Below are positions 11,001-23,007 of a stretch of 64,000 nucleotides of DNA, in pieces (the stretch's first letter is position 1; each line of letters opens with the position of its first letter). The notes beneath the pieces were generated by a model. It was not told the DNA's origin and did not search any database. It saw nothing but the letters and a program-made list of their open reading frames with translations. Origin of the DNA: Azolla caroliniana (lineage: Eukaryota; Plantae; Polypodiophyta); assembly GCA_043228905.1 (NCBI GenBank), contig JBHGNT010000009.1, forward strand, positions 3,162,001 through 3,226,000, written 5' to 3'. A program made the position numbers and the translations under genes.

Positions 11001-12285
11001 GTGTTGAGGCAAGAAACAAGGAGAAGTTAAGGATATACACGATTTCCCTACATCCTTCCTTGCACATCTCGAGTGAGCTAGAAAAGAAAAGGATCGTCGC
11101 TTAGTCAAGGCGTACGAAATGGAGGAAGATGGCTCGTTTAAAAAATTTAGCCACAAAAAAGATATTACGAGAGATCTTTACTACAATGTGGTTTGCGGTG
11201 ATGTCATCGACTTGATCCAAAAGGTGCCAAAGAAGGAATATACGCTAATGATTGCGGATATTCCTTACGGATTTCGAATGGCTGGGTCATCATACGACGA
11301 TGAACCGTTTAGGTTTAAACAATTGGAGAAGATGGTCAAGGATTTCGCTGAGCTAACGAACGCATCCTTGTGGCGAATAGTTGTCTTTCATAGTATGGAC
11401 CAAGGGTACTCGGTAGCTCAAGCTTTGAGATCTCGTTGCCATGGCATCGAGAACCTTGCATGGTAAGGATTATTTATAGGTGTCTTTCATTATATTGCAA
11501 TTCTTAAGGTTGTTGAATCTATTCTTAACTCGATGAATTATTTTTTATAGGATCAAGACCAATGTAAATAGAGGGCCAACTTTTCGGTTCATTAATGCCA
11601 TTGAATACATAACGGTTGGCTACTTCGATGAAATTAAAAAACAGAGAATCAAAGAGCATTCTAATGAAGTGGGAGGTTCAAATCTGTTGGTATATCCAGC
11701 AGTGACTCGGAAATTGCGACATGTCACCACGACAGAACGGGGACTTGTCAACCCATACCAAAAACCTCAACGACTTATGATGCGCTTGATCGAGATGTTT
11801 TCTGTCGAAGGAGACTGGATATTAGATCTCTTTTCTGGCACAGGTATTCCTCGAACTAGGGTAACGATCTTGAGATAACCAATCACTTTTTTTTCATTTG
11901 ACAACTAAATCTTCTTGTTACTTACATCATAGGAACTACGTCAGCATGTGCATTGAAGCTGTTTAGAAATACAGTTGCATTGGAGAAGGACGAGGACCAA
12001 GTTATATTTATTAATATGCGGATTAAGGCTTTGTGGGAGTGCCCAGACCAGGATGAGGAGGTCGGTGCAAAGAACCTCGCCAATACAAAAAGGTTTCAAC
12101 CTGCTTCGCGAGAGCCTATTCCTCCGTTAGCCGGCGAACCGGGGGAGCTAATAGAGCTTGATGATGAGCTTATAGAAGATATTTCGTTGGCTCGGCTAAC
12201 AGGGGAAACCAATGCACGTATAGCCGAAGACAGTTCTACACAAGATGATGAAGATAATGACGTTGATGAATTGATTGCTATGTAA
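8067..12285 (+). pseudogene. Six-exon gene for a ParB/Srx-like domain fused to a beta-class amino (N6A/N4C) DNA methyltransferase, ~974 aa, with two premature TGA codons
   Basis: Exons 8067-8101, 9060-10697, 10774-10912, 10996-11462, 11551-11843 and 11933-12285, all GT-AG and phase-compatible (2925 nt). ParB-like core: REPHRMHVQNLKKKMK...PFIVMVD...YFVIGGSHSAEARRQL...EEAKLLAWDHN. MTase: VVCGDVIDLI...LMIADIPYG (motif IV), WIK...EYI, NPYQKPQRLMMRLIEMFSVEGDWILDLFSGTGTTSACALKLFRNTVALEKD (motifs X, I, II). In-frame TGA at 11005 and 11074. Confidence 0.85.
8153..8635. repeat. Array of 10 palindromes AACTCGATACG(C/G)CGTATCGAGTT with 51-52 bp period, inside intron 1 of the methyltransferase gene
   Basis: Copies start at ~8153, 8205, 8256, 8307, 8357, 8409, 8460, 8511, 8562 and 8613. 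Each has 11-bp arms around one central base, often extended by TTTAAACACG...CGTGTTTAAA. Confidence 0.95.
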
Positions 12286-13949
12286 TAGACTCTATAAAGA
12301 ATATGACACTGACGATTTGTTAAGATTTCACATTATTAATACAAATTTTGGGTTTTACCTAGTGGATTCTATTCTTTATAATCTTCTATATGTTTCCAAG
12401 CTAACCTTAACAGAACATGGCCCTATAATTGTTGCCATGATTGTCCATGTTGTTATTATGGATCTTTGTCTTATATTGTTAAAACTATTATGTTTCTATT
12501 CCATTGCTGCTTAGATTGTGTAGTGTGTTGATAATGGTTCCAATTGCGTTATCGTTCGGAGTTTGATCTTGTGTGAATCACCTAAGCAATAGAGTAGATC
12601 AGTTTTAAATACAGGTATGAAAGCCTAATAGGTTTGTTATTTCCACGACATTATCCTAAAGTTCACTGCCTTACATTGTGCACAATTATATACACATATG
12701 GTTTGATCCCATATGAACAAACTGAGGAATAGATTAGATCAACTTTTAATACAAGTATTGAATACTTTAATAAGTTAGTTATTCCAATCACTTATCCTAA
12801 TGTGCACTATCCTACATTTTCCACAATTACATACATGCACGTATGGGTCAAAGTATAAATTATATCTCATTTTATTAGTATGGATACAAGTACACCTCAT
12901 ATTTTTGTAAAACCTACCTAATTAATATAAGTCTTTAAGTTAGTGTTTCCCTTGTCGCACAATAGTGCCATATTGAGCCATAGTTGAACTTTATTATGCC
13001 TACATTAACTTATCAACATGTCTAAACTTGCATGATTTCTAATGATCTCCACTCGTAGATCTATCATGTATTTTTATATTTGCAAATTCTTATCAAGTTG
13101 AGGAACATGTGATACTAGTGCATCCAATTATTGTAGAGAGGGTGTATTGGCTTCGTTTTAAGAAGATTCTACAAGTGGAATGCGCAATCCTTCCACTTGT
13201 GAACGCGAACGTGTTGTATATTCTATGCTTTCGCGCTATCTATTTCTGTTCATCTTTCTCAAGGATTTGCGGTCCTATCTCAATACTAATCACTGGAAGA
13301 TTTCTTAAGAATGAAGAAGACGCTAAAAAGTCACCACAAGGTGGCTTTTATAGCTTTTACATTATGAGTGTGCTCATTTCACACTAGGCCACCCATTGGG
13401 TAACCTTTCCCCCTATTGCCTACTTCTAATCCCCTTTTGTATGTCTTCTTAGTTGTCGGTGTCCATTGTTGATGCACTCTTCTTCGTGATCGGGGCATGT
13501 TGCATGCCAAACGCTTAACATAAGCATAGCCAAGTATATAGATCAATCAAACCAACAGAGGCTACAAAGCAAAAACATTAGGCTCATGCATGTCACATGC
13601 CAAATCATGAAAGAAAAGTTGCAAATCAAGAACCTCAATGAGTAGTTGAAAAGTGGGTTCCAAAACGTGTTGTTTTCCCCTACACAAACCAATGCCAATG
13701 ATGGGTGGCCAAAGCATACCTACCCAAAAAACAAGTTCAATCAAAGTCAACCCATCTACATCACCAACACAACAAAAAGTCCTCACAAAGTCACCTAGGT
13801 TGAACAACCCTAGTGTCACCAGTTACTTGAGTAGTTTAAGCACCCATTGTTTTGCTAAAGTGATTTGATCACCGGAGCATGTTTGGTCACCCAAAAACTT
13901 CATTCACAAGTTGGAGGTTTCCGCCTGTGTAGATTTTTGGCGAATTACT

Positions 13950-15400
13950 AGCGACGAAACAAATCGAAACTAGGTTAAGCTTTGTCATGAGCTCAAACTA
14001 GAAGTTGCACGAATTCTAAGGATACATCAACATTTGAAATTCATGAAACCCTAAAGATCTCGAAATTGTACTTGGATCCACATACCTAGATAAGAGTACA
14101 TCAAAATGACAAATTAAACATAACAAAATCCACCAACTTCAACAACCTAGATAGATTAGTTTATTATCATTTTAGATCATTGAGAGCGATTATAAAATCT
14201 ACCATTACAAATGAGAGAGGGATTACAACTTGTCAAGTCCATCTTCTATAACCATCGACTCTGGTAAACCCTAATCCCCACTCATTGAAGTAAGACTTTC
14301 CAAACCCTAATCCATATTTTCTCCAGTTCCAAAAATCACCAACAAGAAACTAAAACCAAAGAACAAAGAACCCAAAAAATTTGTGTTAGCCTTATTTTAT
14401 ATGATTTAGTTGCTTATTTTAGATAGTCTTTTAACTTAGTATGTGCTTTTTTATTCACACATTCATCTTAGATCAATATATGTCGCCTAGCCTTAGTTTA
14501 TAAGACTTTAGTTGCTTATTTTGGAAAGTCTTTTTAGTGTGTACTTTTTTATCCACACATGGCGCTTACGTCAATTTATCTCACCTAGCCCTTATTTTAG
14601 AAGACTTGGTTGCTTTTGTCTCAATCATTTAGCTTAGCTTGTGCTTTTTAGGTTAGTGTGTGTGCTTTCTTATCCACTCATTGCCAATCTAGCTCACCTA
14701 GCCTCTAGTTTATAAAACTTTAGTTGCTTTTTTTGTTCAATTGTTTAGCTTAGTATGTGCTTTTTCATTCATGCACAATACAATGTGTCTTGCCTAGCCC
14801 TTACTTAATAGGACCTTGCTAACTACAAAATGAATCAAAAATAGTCACTAGTTTAAGCTCTATTGTGAGCTTAAACTCGAAGTTGCATGAGAGACACAAA
14901 TTCTATGGATACATTGAGGTTTGAAGTTCGGCAAACCCTAAAGATCTTGGAATCGTGGTTGCATCCCTCTAGTGATAACGCCATTGTAAGTGCACCCTTG
15001 TAGGTAATAAGCTAGTACATCTACAAGACAAATTAAACACAACAAAATCCACTTACTTCAACAATCTAGGTAGATTCGTTTCTTATAAGAGTAGATCATT
15101 GAGAGTGGTTATTAATGTTGCCATTCCAAAAATATGGATGGAGGGATCAGAACCGACAAGATCATAATTTTGATCACGTCTTGTCAAATCAATCTTCTAT
15201 AACTATCAACCCTAGTAAACCATATACCCTAGTAGTAGGAAATAAGACCATCAAACCCTAATCCTAATTTTCTCCAATTTCGTAAGCTCCAAAAATCATT
15301 AACAAGAAAATAAAACCAAATAAGAAAAAGAAAACCGAAAATTTTGGCTAAGCCAATGTGCCTTGCGTAGCCCTTATTTTATAAAACTTTGGCACTTTTT
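13950..15400. repeat. Diverged direct duplication (~13950-14400 vs ~14850-15400) flanking degenerate short tandem repeats
   Basis: Shared blocks include GAAGTTGCA, AAACCCTAAAGATCT, GACAAATTAAAC.AACAAAATCCAC, TAGATCATTGAGAG and TCCAAAAATCA..AACAAGAAA. Between them are recurring GCCTAGCC(C/T)T...GACTTTAGTTGCTT units. Confidence 0.65.
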
Positions 15401-16303
15401 TCTCTATCTTTTAACTTGGCGTATCTCGTCAATATTTTAGAATGTAGCCTCCAAAAGATTAATTTGCTATTTGAACCTATACCCTTTGTTTTCATGGCCA
15501 TTACTGAATGCAAGTGATCTAATTATTTTCTATATCATCCAAAATGTTCTTGTTTATTGATCAAGAACCGACAAAACCACATTGATGTTTCAACTTGTGT
15601 TTGAGTTTCCCCGATGCTAGGGATTATGGTATAATTAGCATATGGTGGATGCTTTTCTTTTTTATCCTTAACATGGGTTTCGAAAACAAATTTGACACTT
15701 CTAAGGCATATTATGTGGCAATTCTCCTTGTTGGAGACTTCTAGAAATCATTTCCACCATTTGCATTGGTAGTTAAGTAGCCTGCCTAGGTTCGTTTTGA
15801 GACATTCAGTGATAAGAGATACAATGGGTAATCAAACAGGGTTTATTTGATATTGGTCCCCGTCTTCTATAGTTTACATTTGTGATTGATTCAATTACTA
15901 TTTCCAGAAAAACAATATTCCCAATTGGACCTTTTTTGAGATAGTCATGTCACAACTATTTTGAGATTGTAAGATCATGACTTTGGTACATCGATGTGGG
16001 ATGTAGTTTAATAAATATGGTACATGGTGTGAGAGATAGAAAGAAATGAAAATTTATCAATTCTCCCATAGTTGAGACGATTATGTCCCAATTATTTGGA
16101 GATTGTGTGGTACATTGATGACATATGTAACTTAATAGAAATGATATGGGTATGGATTAGAGCCCATGTGTTAAGAACCTGAATAACTTATTGCTAGGGT
16201 AGACACATTGTGATAAAGAAAAACATTTAATTAGAATTATATTTGGCTTTGAGCTTATGAAACCTAAATAATTTACTAGTAAGCATGCCCATATATATAT
16301 ATA

Positions 16304-17110
16304 CAAAGATTGAAATATTCGCATTCGTGGGGCCTACCCCATGAATCCATACAAATAGGAATACGAATACATATAAATATATTCGTTTTCTTTTTTTTTT
16401 TGAATTTTTAAATAAAAAATAAAAAACAGTTTTTCTTCATCTGAGCGAGTGAACGAGCAGCGAGCAGCGAGCGAGGAAGCCTCACCCTACTCCCTGTCCG
16501 CCCTCGCTTCCCTCTGCATCTTGTTCTCGGCCAGAAAATTAGGGTTTCAGCTGAAAACCCTAATTTCTATCATAAACCTAATTTAGACAATAGTACTTTC
16601 TTTTGAGCCCGCGTCCTCAACTCCCTCTCATGCTCTATTCTAATCCTACATCCTGTTCTCACTGAAACCCTACGTCCTCAACTCACGCTCTCACTGAAAC
16701 CCTAAGTTTAGTAGAAACCCTAATTAATTGATTATTAATTAATTAACTTAATAACTAATATTTTTGAATGAATTAAGATATGTATTAATAAATTAATTAA
16801 TGTATTAGTGAATCAATTAATGTATTATTGAATCAATTAATTCATTAGTGAATCAATTAATGTATTAGTGAACTAATTAATTATTATATTAGTGAGTTAA
16901 TTAATTATTGATGTATTTGTGTATATACATATATGAGTGATATGTGTGTATACACGTATATGTATATATCATATATGTATGTATGTATGTATGTATGTTT
17001 ACATCTAAACGAATGGTTTTATAATATTCTTGGGGCCGTTTTATATTCTCGAACATAGTGAATATTGCGGATGTAGAATACCACGAATATTACGCATGGA
17101 TCAATCTATG
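16304..17110. mobile_element. Probable non-autonomous hAT-like element
   Basis: Termini CAAAGATTGA and TCAATCTATG (imperfect 10-bp TIR). Flanks TATATATA and TGTATATA resemble an 8-bp TSD. GAATAT/ATATTC subterminal motifs. Confidence 0.45.
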
Positions 17111-17136
17111 TGTATATATATATATATATATATATA

Positions 17137-17556
17137 GGAAAGTGCTATTTGCCCCCCCTTAAATAGTGCCCCCTCGTTTTGGCTAAACCACCCCTCCCCC
17201 CCAAAAAAAAATTGTGATAGTTCTCACCTAAACCTCAGCATAGCTATCCTCCCCCCCCCCCCCCCCCCCCCGGTACATTCATCGCCATAATCGTTGTCAA
17301 TAACTTTCTTGGTACTGCGAGGGCAAATAGCCAAAATGGGGGGGCAAATGCATATCGCAAGTGCGTGCATTGTGACCAGCTTGACCACATTTGGAACATC
17401 TGCACCAAAATGGGTTGGGGGGGGTAGCCAAAATGGCGGGATAGCTATGCTGAGGTGAGAATTATCAAGGATTTTTTTTTTTTGGGGGGGGGGGGGGAAA
17501 TGGGTGGTTTAGCCAAAACGAGGGGGCGCTATTTAGGGGGGCAAATAGCACTTTCC
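17137..17556. mobile_element. MITE with long TIRs (Mutator-like) inserted in a (TA)n tract
   Basis: GGAAAGTGCTATTTGCCCCCC...GTTTTGGCTAAACCACCC at the left mirrors GGGTGGTTTAGCCAAAAC...GGGGGGCAAATAGCACTTTCC at the right, over ~110 bp. (TA)n on both sides. Confidence 0.85.
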
Positions 17557-17688
17557 TATATATATATATATATATATATAATCATAATGGGCATGCACCA
17601 TGGCAATCAGTTGTTATTCAACACATGCATTAATTGGCATTTACTCTTGTCCATACATGGACACTCAAACAAGAGACTCTTTAGAATC

Positions 17689-20600
17689 GCTCGGAACCTC
17701 AAGACTCTAGGAAGACTGCGTCAACCAAGGGTGACGAGGCTCCTTGGCAGCCCATCAAGAAGAAGGGGAAACCTGGAAGCCTAGGTGCGACCTCCCCCCC
17801 TTCTCAAGGCCTTCCCTTTGACCACAGTCCCACTACAGTGTCACCAGCAAGTGCGGACGAGCAGCCCTGGAAACGGGTGAAGATCCTCTCGGGGAGTGCA
17901 GAAGCACACAACCTAAAGGGGAGGTCTACCAACAGATTTACATTGCTCCAAGGGCTAGGAGAGGACAACCCAGAAGCGTTGGCAGCAACATTGTCCCCTT
18001 GTGACTCTTGGTCCCTTCCCCCACACGATCCTCATCTCCTGTTCCCCTCCCCGATGGAGTTGCAACCACATCGTGTACTTTCCACCCCAGAGGAGATGTT
18101 GGCTAAGGCCTCCCCCATGATGGAACGTGAATGTGGTGGTGACCTCATATTATTGAAATCGTGGATCCGGACAGGCAAGATCAAGGGCAAAGGGAAGGGA
18201 AGTACAGGCAAACCATCACCTGGTTTGGTGAGGACTATTTGGGATAAAGGGATGCAAGTTGGACAGCCACTCAGGAGCCAAAACGTATCGCGAGAACTAT
18301 TTGAAGCGGGACAGGATCAACAAGTCGAGAACCCCTTAGGGGGCTCTTAAGCCTTCGCAGGAGCTCATAGCCCCAGAAATAGGTGTTAGTTTGCCCCATG
18401 ACATGGGGGTCAGCCCTAACATGGGCGTCAACCTCACCGTTTTCGGATGAGGATCTTAATGTGGAATGTACAGGGCCTTGGTGGAGGCAGCAGCACCAAG
18501 AGTGCAAAAGACTTCGGGAGGAGTTGAATCCCTCTAATATTGGGGGCAAGATCGACATATTGTTGTTGCAGGAACACCATCTCTCTGCAGAGAGAATTCA
18601 GAGCCTAGTAAACCCCTTGTCAGCTCACATTCGCTACACTTCTTGAGAGCCGTCGTGAATGTTAGGGGTGGTAGCCTTGCACGATTAGACCGCATATACA
18701 TCAACTCGTCCCTTGAGGAGTTGGGGGGCTCCTTCGCTATCTTGGCAGGCCTTACCTTCTCTGATCACCAACTGATGAGACTAGACCTTAACCCACCCAA
18801 CGGCACCCAGGGGAGTCTCAACATGAAAATCCCCACAAAGATCATGAAGAGTGAAGAGGTGAAGGCGGGTCTACAGAGTATATGGTGGGAGACCATTGTA
18901 AGAGAATCGGCTAGTGAGGATTTGTAGAAAAAACTGGCCCTCTCCTCCTCCTTTTTACAGCAAGAGACCAAGCGGGCCCTCCAACAGGTCAGAGCTGTTG
19001 TCCAGAGGACAAAAATGTAAAATTAGGAAATTAGCAAATGCGGAGTCCGAGTATCACGAGCCATCGACGACTCGGCTGTGTATTAGGGGAAAAGTTATTT
19101 AAACGAGGAACAGTACCTCAGAGAGGGGAGAGAAGAAAAATATAGGTGGAAGCACTAGCTGAGTCCATCGTAACTAGATAATCTTGTAAGGTCACTGGCT
19201 GTGGGCCGTGTTCTGTAATCTTTTTCTGTCGCGGTAATATATCTGAATTGTGCCCAGTTTGTTCCATGCATCTGTGCTTTGATTCATACCTATGATTTCA
19301 GCGCCGCCCACGCCTATCAAGACCTCGCTAGTGTTTTCTCTCTGAGCACTATCTCTCTCTCGACGCCTCTGTTACGAGCCTTCACGTACCACACCCTTGA
19401 ATACCGATAGCCGCAGATCTATCGAAGGTGTTCACCCAAAGGAACAGGTAACAAGAGCCATTGAAATAAAATTAAGGAAGTCCATTGCGGCAACGCAACG
19501 CTTGCTACAGGCGGACCTTGGCTGCATTTGGTCTAGATCTAAGCTAGAGGAAGCCAAGATGAAGGTTCGGGAAAGGACAGAGTAGAGGAACTGAATGTTA
19601 TTTCGAAGGACCGTGGCATGGTGGGCTAGAATAGACGGTAGGGTCAACCGACATTTCTTTCATTACAAGGCTCCCAAGGGTGGTGGTGGACGTATACAAC
19701 AGTTGCGCTAACCAGACGGCTCAATTACGGAGGACAAGGATGAGATTTTGCATATGGCAACGCAATACTATCAAGACCTACTTGCACCTGTGCATATGAG
19801 GCAAAACGTAGAGCTGGTTTATAGGGTGATGACTTGCATTCACCCCAAGGTATCCCAAGAGATGGAAATGGTGCTCGATAGCCCCATTTCTCGTATAGAA
19901 CTCTCGGAGGCACTCAGGGATTTGCGGAGAGGAGCATGCCCCGACCCCGATGGTCTCTCACGAGATTTTTTCGAGATCCATTGGGACATTGTTATCCCGT
20001 CCTTGGAAGCCGGGGTTCAAGAGATTTGGTCCTCGGGAACAATGCCAACCGGGCTGGCTGAGGGGAATCGATGATCTATCTCATTCCCAAAGCGGCAGAG
20101 CAAAGCTTGGAGTTGCGCCAATGGCGTCCTATAATGATCCTTAACACAATTTACAAGATTCTGGCAAAAGTCCTCGCGCGACGGTTAGCAAGCTTCTTAC
20201 CGGACATTATACATGAGAATCAAACAGGGTTTATTAGGAGCAGGTGTATCTTTGATAATGTGTTGCTTCTCTAGGAAGCCATGGCATTGGCTGATCAGTC
20301 CGTCTCGAGCTCAGCTATTCTGATGCTTGACTTCGAGAAGGCATATGATAGGGTCCTTTGGCCCTTCTTGGAAAACGTCATGAGAGTTATGGGCCTACCC
20401 CAAAAATAGAGGAAATGCACTTCTGCCCTCTACCGGACTGCTACCAATAGTGTGTTGATCGCGGGTGCTAGGGGCCCTTCCTTCAAACTACAACGCTCAG
20501 CGAGGCAAGGTTGTCCCCTAGCCCCATATCTTTATCTATTCGTAACCGAGGCGTTCTCTGCCTACTTACAAGCCCCAAGCAACGGATTGAGGGGATTGCC

Positions 20601-23007
20601 CATCCCTAATGCGAGTGAAGATCTTCTTCTATCCGAATATGTTGATGATATGGTCCTCTTCCTACAAGGTGATGAGGAGAATTTGTAGCAGGCTGAACAT
20701 CTAGTCGAGGACTTTTGTCAAGTTGCTGGTGCCAAGGTCAATTGGGATAAAACCCAAGGCCTTTGGTTCTGCGAACAAGAGAAACCAAGGTAGCATCCCC
20801 ATGCCGATTTTACATGGGTCCCTAACGGGACGACATTCAAGTAACTAGGATTTACTATGGGGAGGGCAATTCCCAAGGGAGCACAATTGTCCCTTGTGCA
20901 AGCCAAAATAAGCTAGAAGCTGAACCAATGGAGTAGATCTAAATTATCCTTCACTGGTAGGGTCCTTATTGCGAACCAAGTGATGCTCGCCACCATGTGG
21001 CACTCGGTCTCATGTTGGATTATGGACCCGGCAGGTTTGCATGCGATTAAGGCTGCCATCAGGGGATTTATATGGTCCAGTAAGGACAACCCAATGGCTG
21101 CTGCCAGAGTGTCATGGCGTTGGTTAACACAGCCACGAGCCAAAGGGGGGCTTGGCCTCATAGACCCCTTAACACAAAGTCGTGCATTGCTGGCCAAATT
21201 GGTGGTTCGTTGCCTTCTCCCAGGTAAGGGGTGTTGGAAGGTACTACTTCACAATAGGTTGCAAGCAGGGACTCCCAAGTATGGTAGGCCTTGGCCTATC
21301 TCCTTGAACTGGTGTTGCACGAGTGGAGTCCCACCCAAGATGGCTTGTCAACAGGAGGACGGGGTACCAAACTCCATCTTGCGGGCGTGGTGTCATGTGC
21401 GACAACATTTGGTCAAGCACACCCCAGAGACACTCATCGAATGGGCTAGACAACCTTTATTTTGGAATCCTCAGGTGCGAACAAGCGATGACATGATGTT
21501 AGGGCAGCTTAAGGGCCTGGCATGGGGAAAGTTGGCACAGACAGGGCTTCACTCTATAGACGATTGGAGACGCATGGTTTCTCCAAGGGGAGCCCAGGAG
21601 GACCCATTCCCTCCCCTCAAGGGAGCTATGAAGATGCAGAGCCTGATAGCTGAGGCAGTTGATAGGGTTCCGTTGGGGAATGTGCGAGAAGATGCATGGT
21701 TCGGTCTCTTTGATGAGGCTGGAATGGTTAAGTTGATGAAGGGTGTGAGTCGATTGGGAAGAGATACATTTTTTGGGGAGAGGCAAAGTAGGGGCACTTG
21801 GCTTCTGGTTCGAATGGTGGCGGAGGTTGATAACATTTGGAAGACAGACCCAGATGTTACTAAGGTGGAACCCCATTGGAAGTTATGGGTATATGGTTCT
21901 CGTCCCCTCGTTGAACTAGAATGGGACCTAGGGGATTTCAGGTGGAAACATGGTGACAAACTCTGCCACTTCTTTGAATATAGCACTAAATTGGGGCGGA
22001 CTTTACAACTGCAGCTCGATGGTCCCATTCATAATGGATGGCAAACATTGGGCATCCCTGACGAGGTGCTCATTACCTTTTGGAAGGGTCTCTGGCGTCT
22101 CCACATGCCTGAAAAAATCAAGCTATTTTGGTGGCAGATTGGTCACAATGTGATTCCTGTTGAGGAATGGCTTGGTAAAAGGGGCGGCCCGATAGGTTGC
22201 CCACTTTGCTCTTCACCCATTGAGTCTCTGAGACATTGTCTTTGGGATTGCCCTCAAGCTCAAAAGGTATGGGACAGAGTCACTCGCCTCCTTGCGGCAT
22301 GTGAAGTGGTTGGAACAGCCTCGTGGAGTGTTGCGGCATGGATTGACCACTCGACTGATAGGTGGACGGACACCTTTAATGCGGATACTTGGTGCTATGT
22401 ATGCACGGGAGGCCAAATCGGCAAGATCCGCTTTGAGAGAGACTTGTTGTCCGTGTCCCCTAGGTTCCTGGAAATTTGGAGGTTGATCGCAGGCTTCACC
22501 TTATGGTATGTCTGGAAAGCACGATGCTTAAAGGTTTTCCAAGATCGAGTACAACCCCCAGAGGAAGTGATCATGGATATTTGGTTCGCGCTTATCAGCT
22601 GCCTACAAGGGCAATTAGATGAGGTTTGCAACCACTCCAATGATGTGGCCACTGCCCGGTTGCGCTTTTGGCAAAAATGGCGGAACACGCCTCTGGTGAC
22701 ACTAGGAGAAAGTGGACTGAGGTGGAACTACCAGCCCCCACGATGGTTGTTTCCTTCTTTCACGCCTCCCTCCCTTCAATGTAGGCCCCGGGAGTCAACT
22801 CATTCTGGCCGACACTAAAGGCCACTGCTTTTAGGTATAGGTATCTACTTACTTTAGGTAGTCGGTTTGAAAAACTATGTAAGTAGTCTCATTTTCTTGA
22901 TCTTGATCTGAGGGAGATTCCCCGTTTTGTGTATAAGCTTCCTTGTATAGTCTCCTTGTAATAATCCTTCCTAACTAATGGGAAAGTAGCTTTATTTTGG
23001 AAAAAAA
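17689..23007 (+). mobile_element. Degenerate L1-clade LINE (5'-truncated, frameshifted ORF2)
   Basis: 18-bp TSD AAGAGACTCTTTAGAATC at 17671-17688 and 23008-23025, with an A-tail before the right copy. Endonuclease remnants (LLLQEHH, RLDRIY, SDH), RT motifs (PDPDG, WRPI, QTGF, LDFEKAYDRV, RQGCPLAP, EYVDD) and a zf-RVT CCHC (CPLC...HCLWDC). Confidence 0.95.
18996..19453. mobile_element. Solo LTR (458 bp) inserted in the LINE ORF2
   Basis: TGTT...AACA termini and a 5-bp TSD AGAGC at 18991-18995 and 19454-19458. The LINE reading frame (LQQVRA|IEIKLRKS) is restored on removal. Confidence 0.85.

Noticed and set aside
8067-12285. Bacterial or phage contamination as the source of the methyltransferase
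   Set aside because: The gene has five GT-AG introns, two splitting conserved motifs, and is contiguous with plant transposons and genes.
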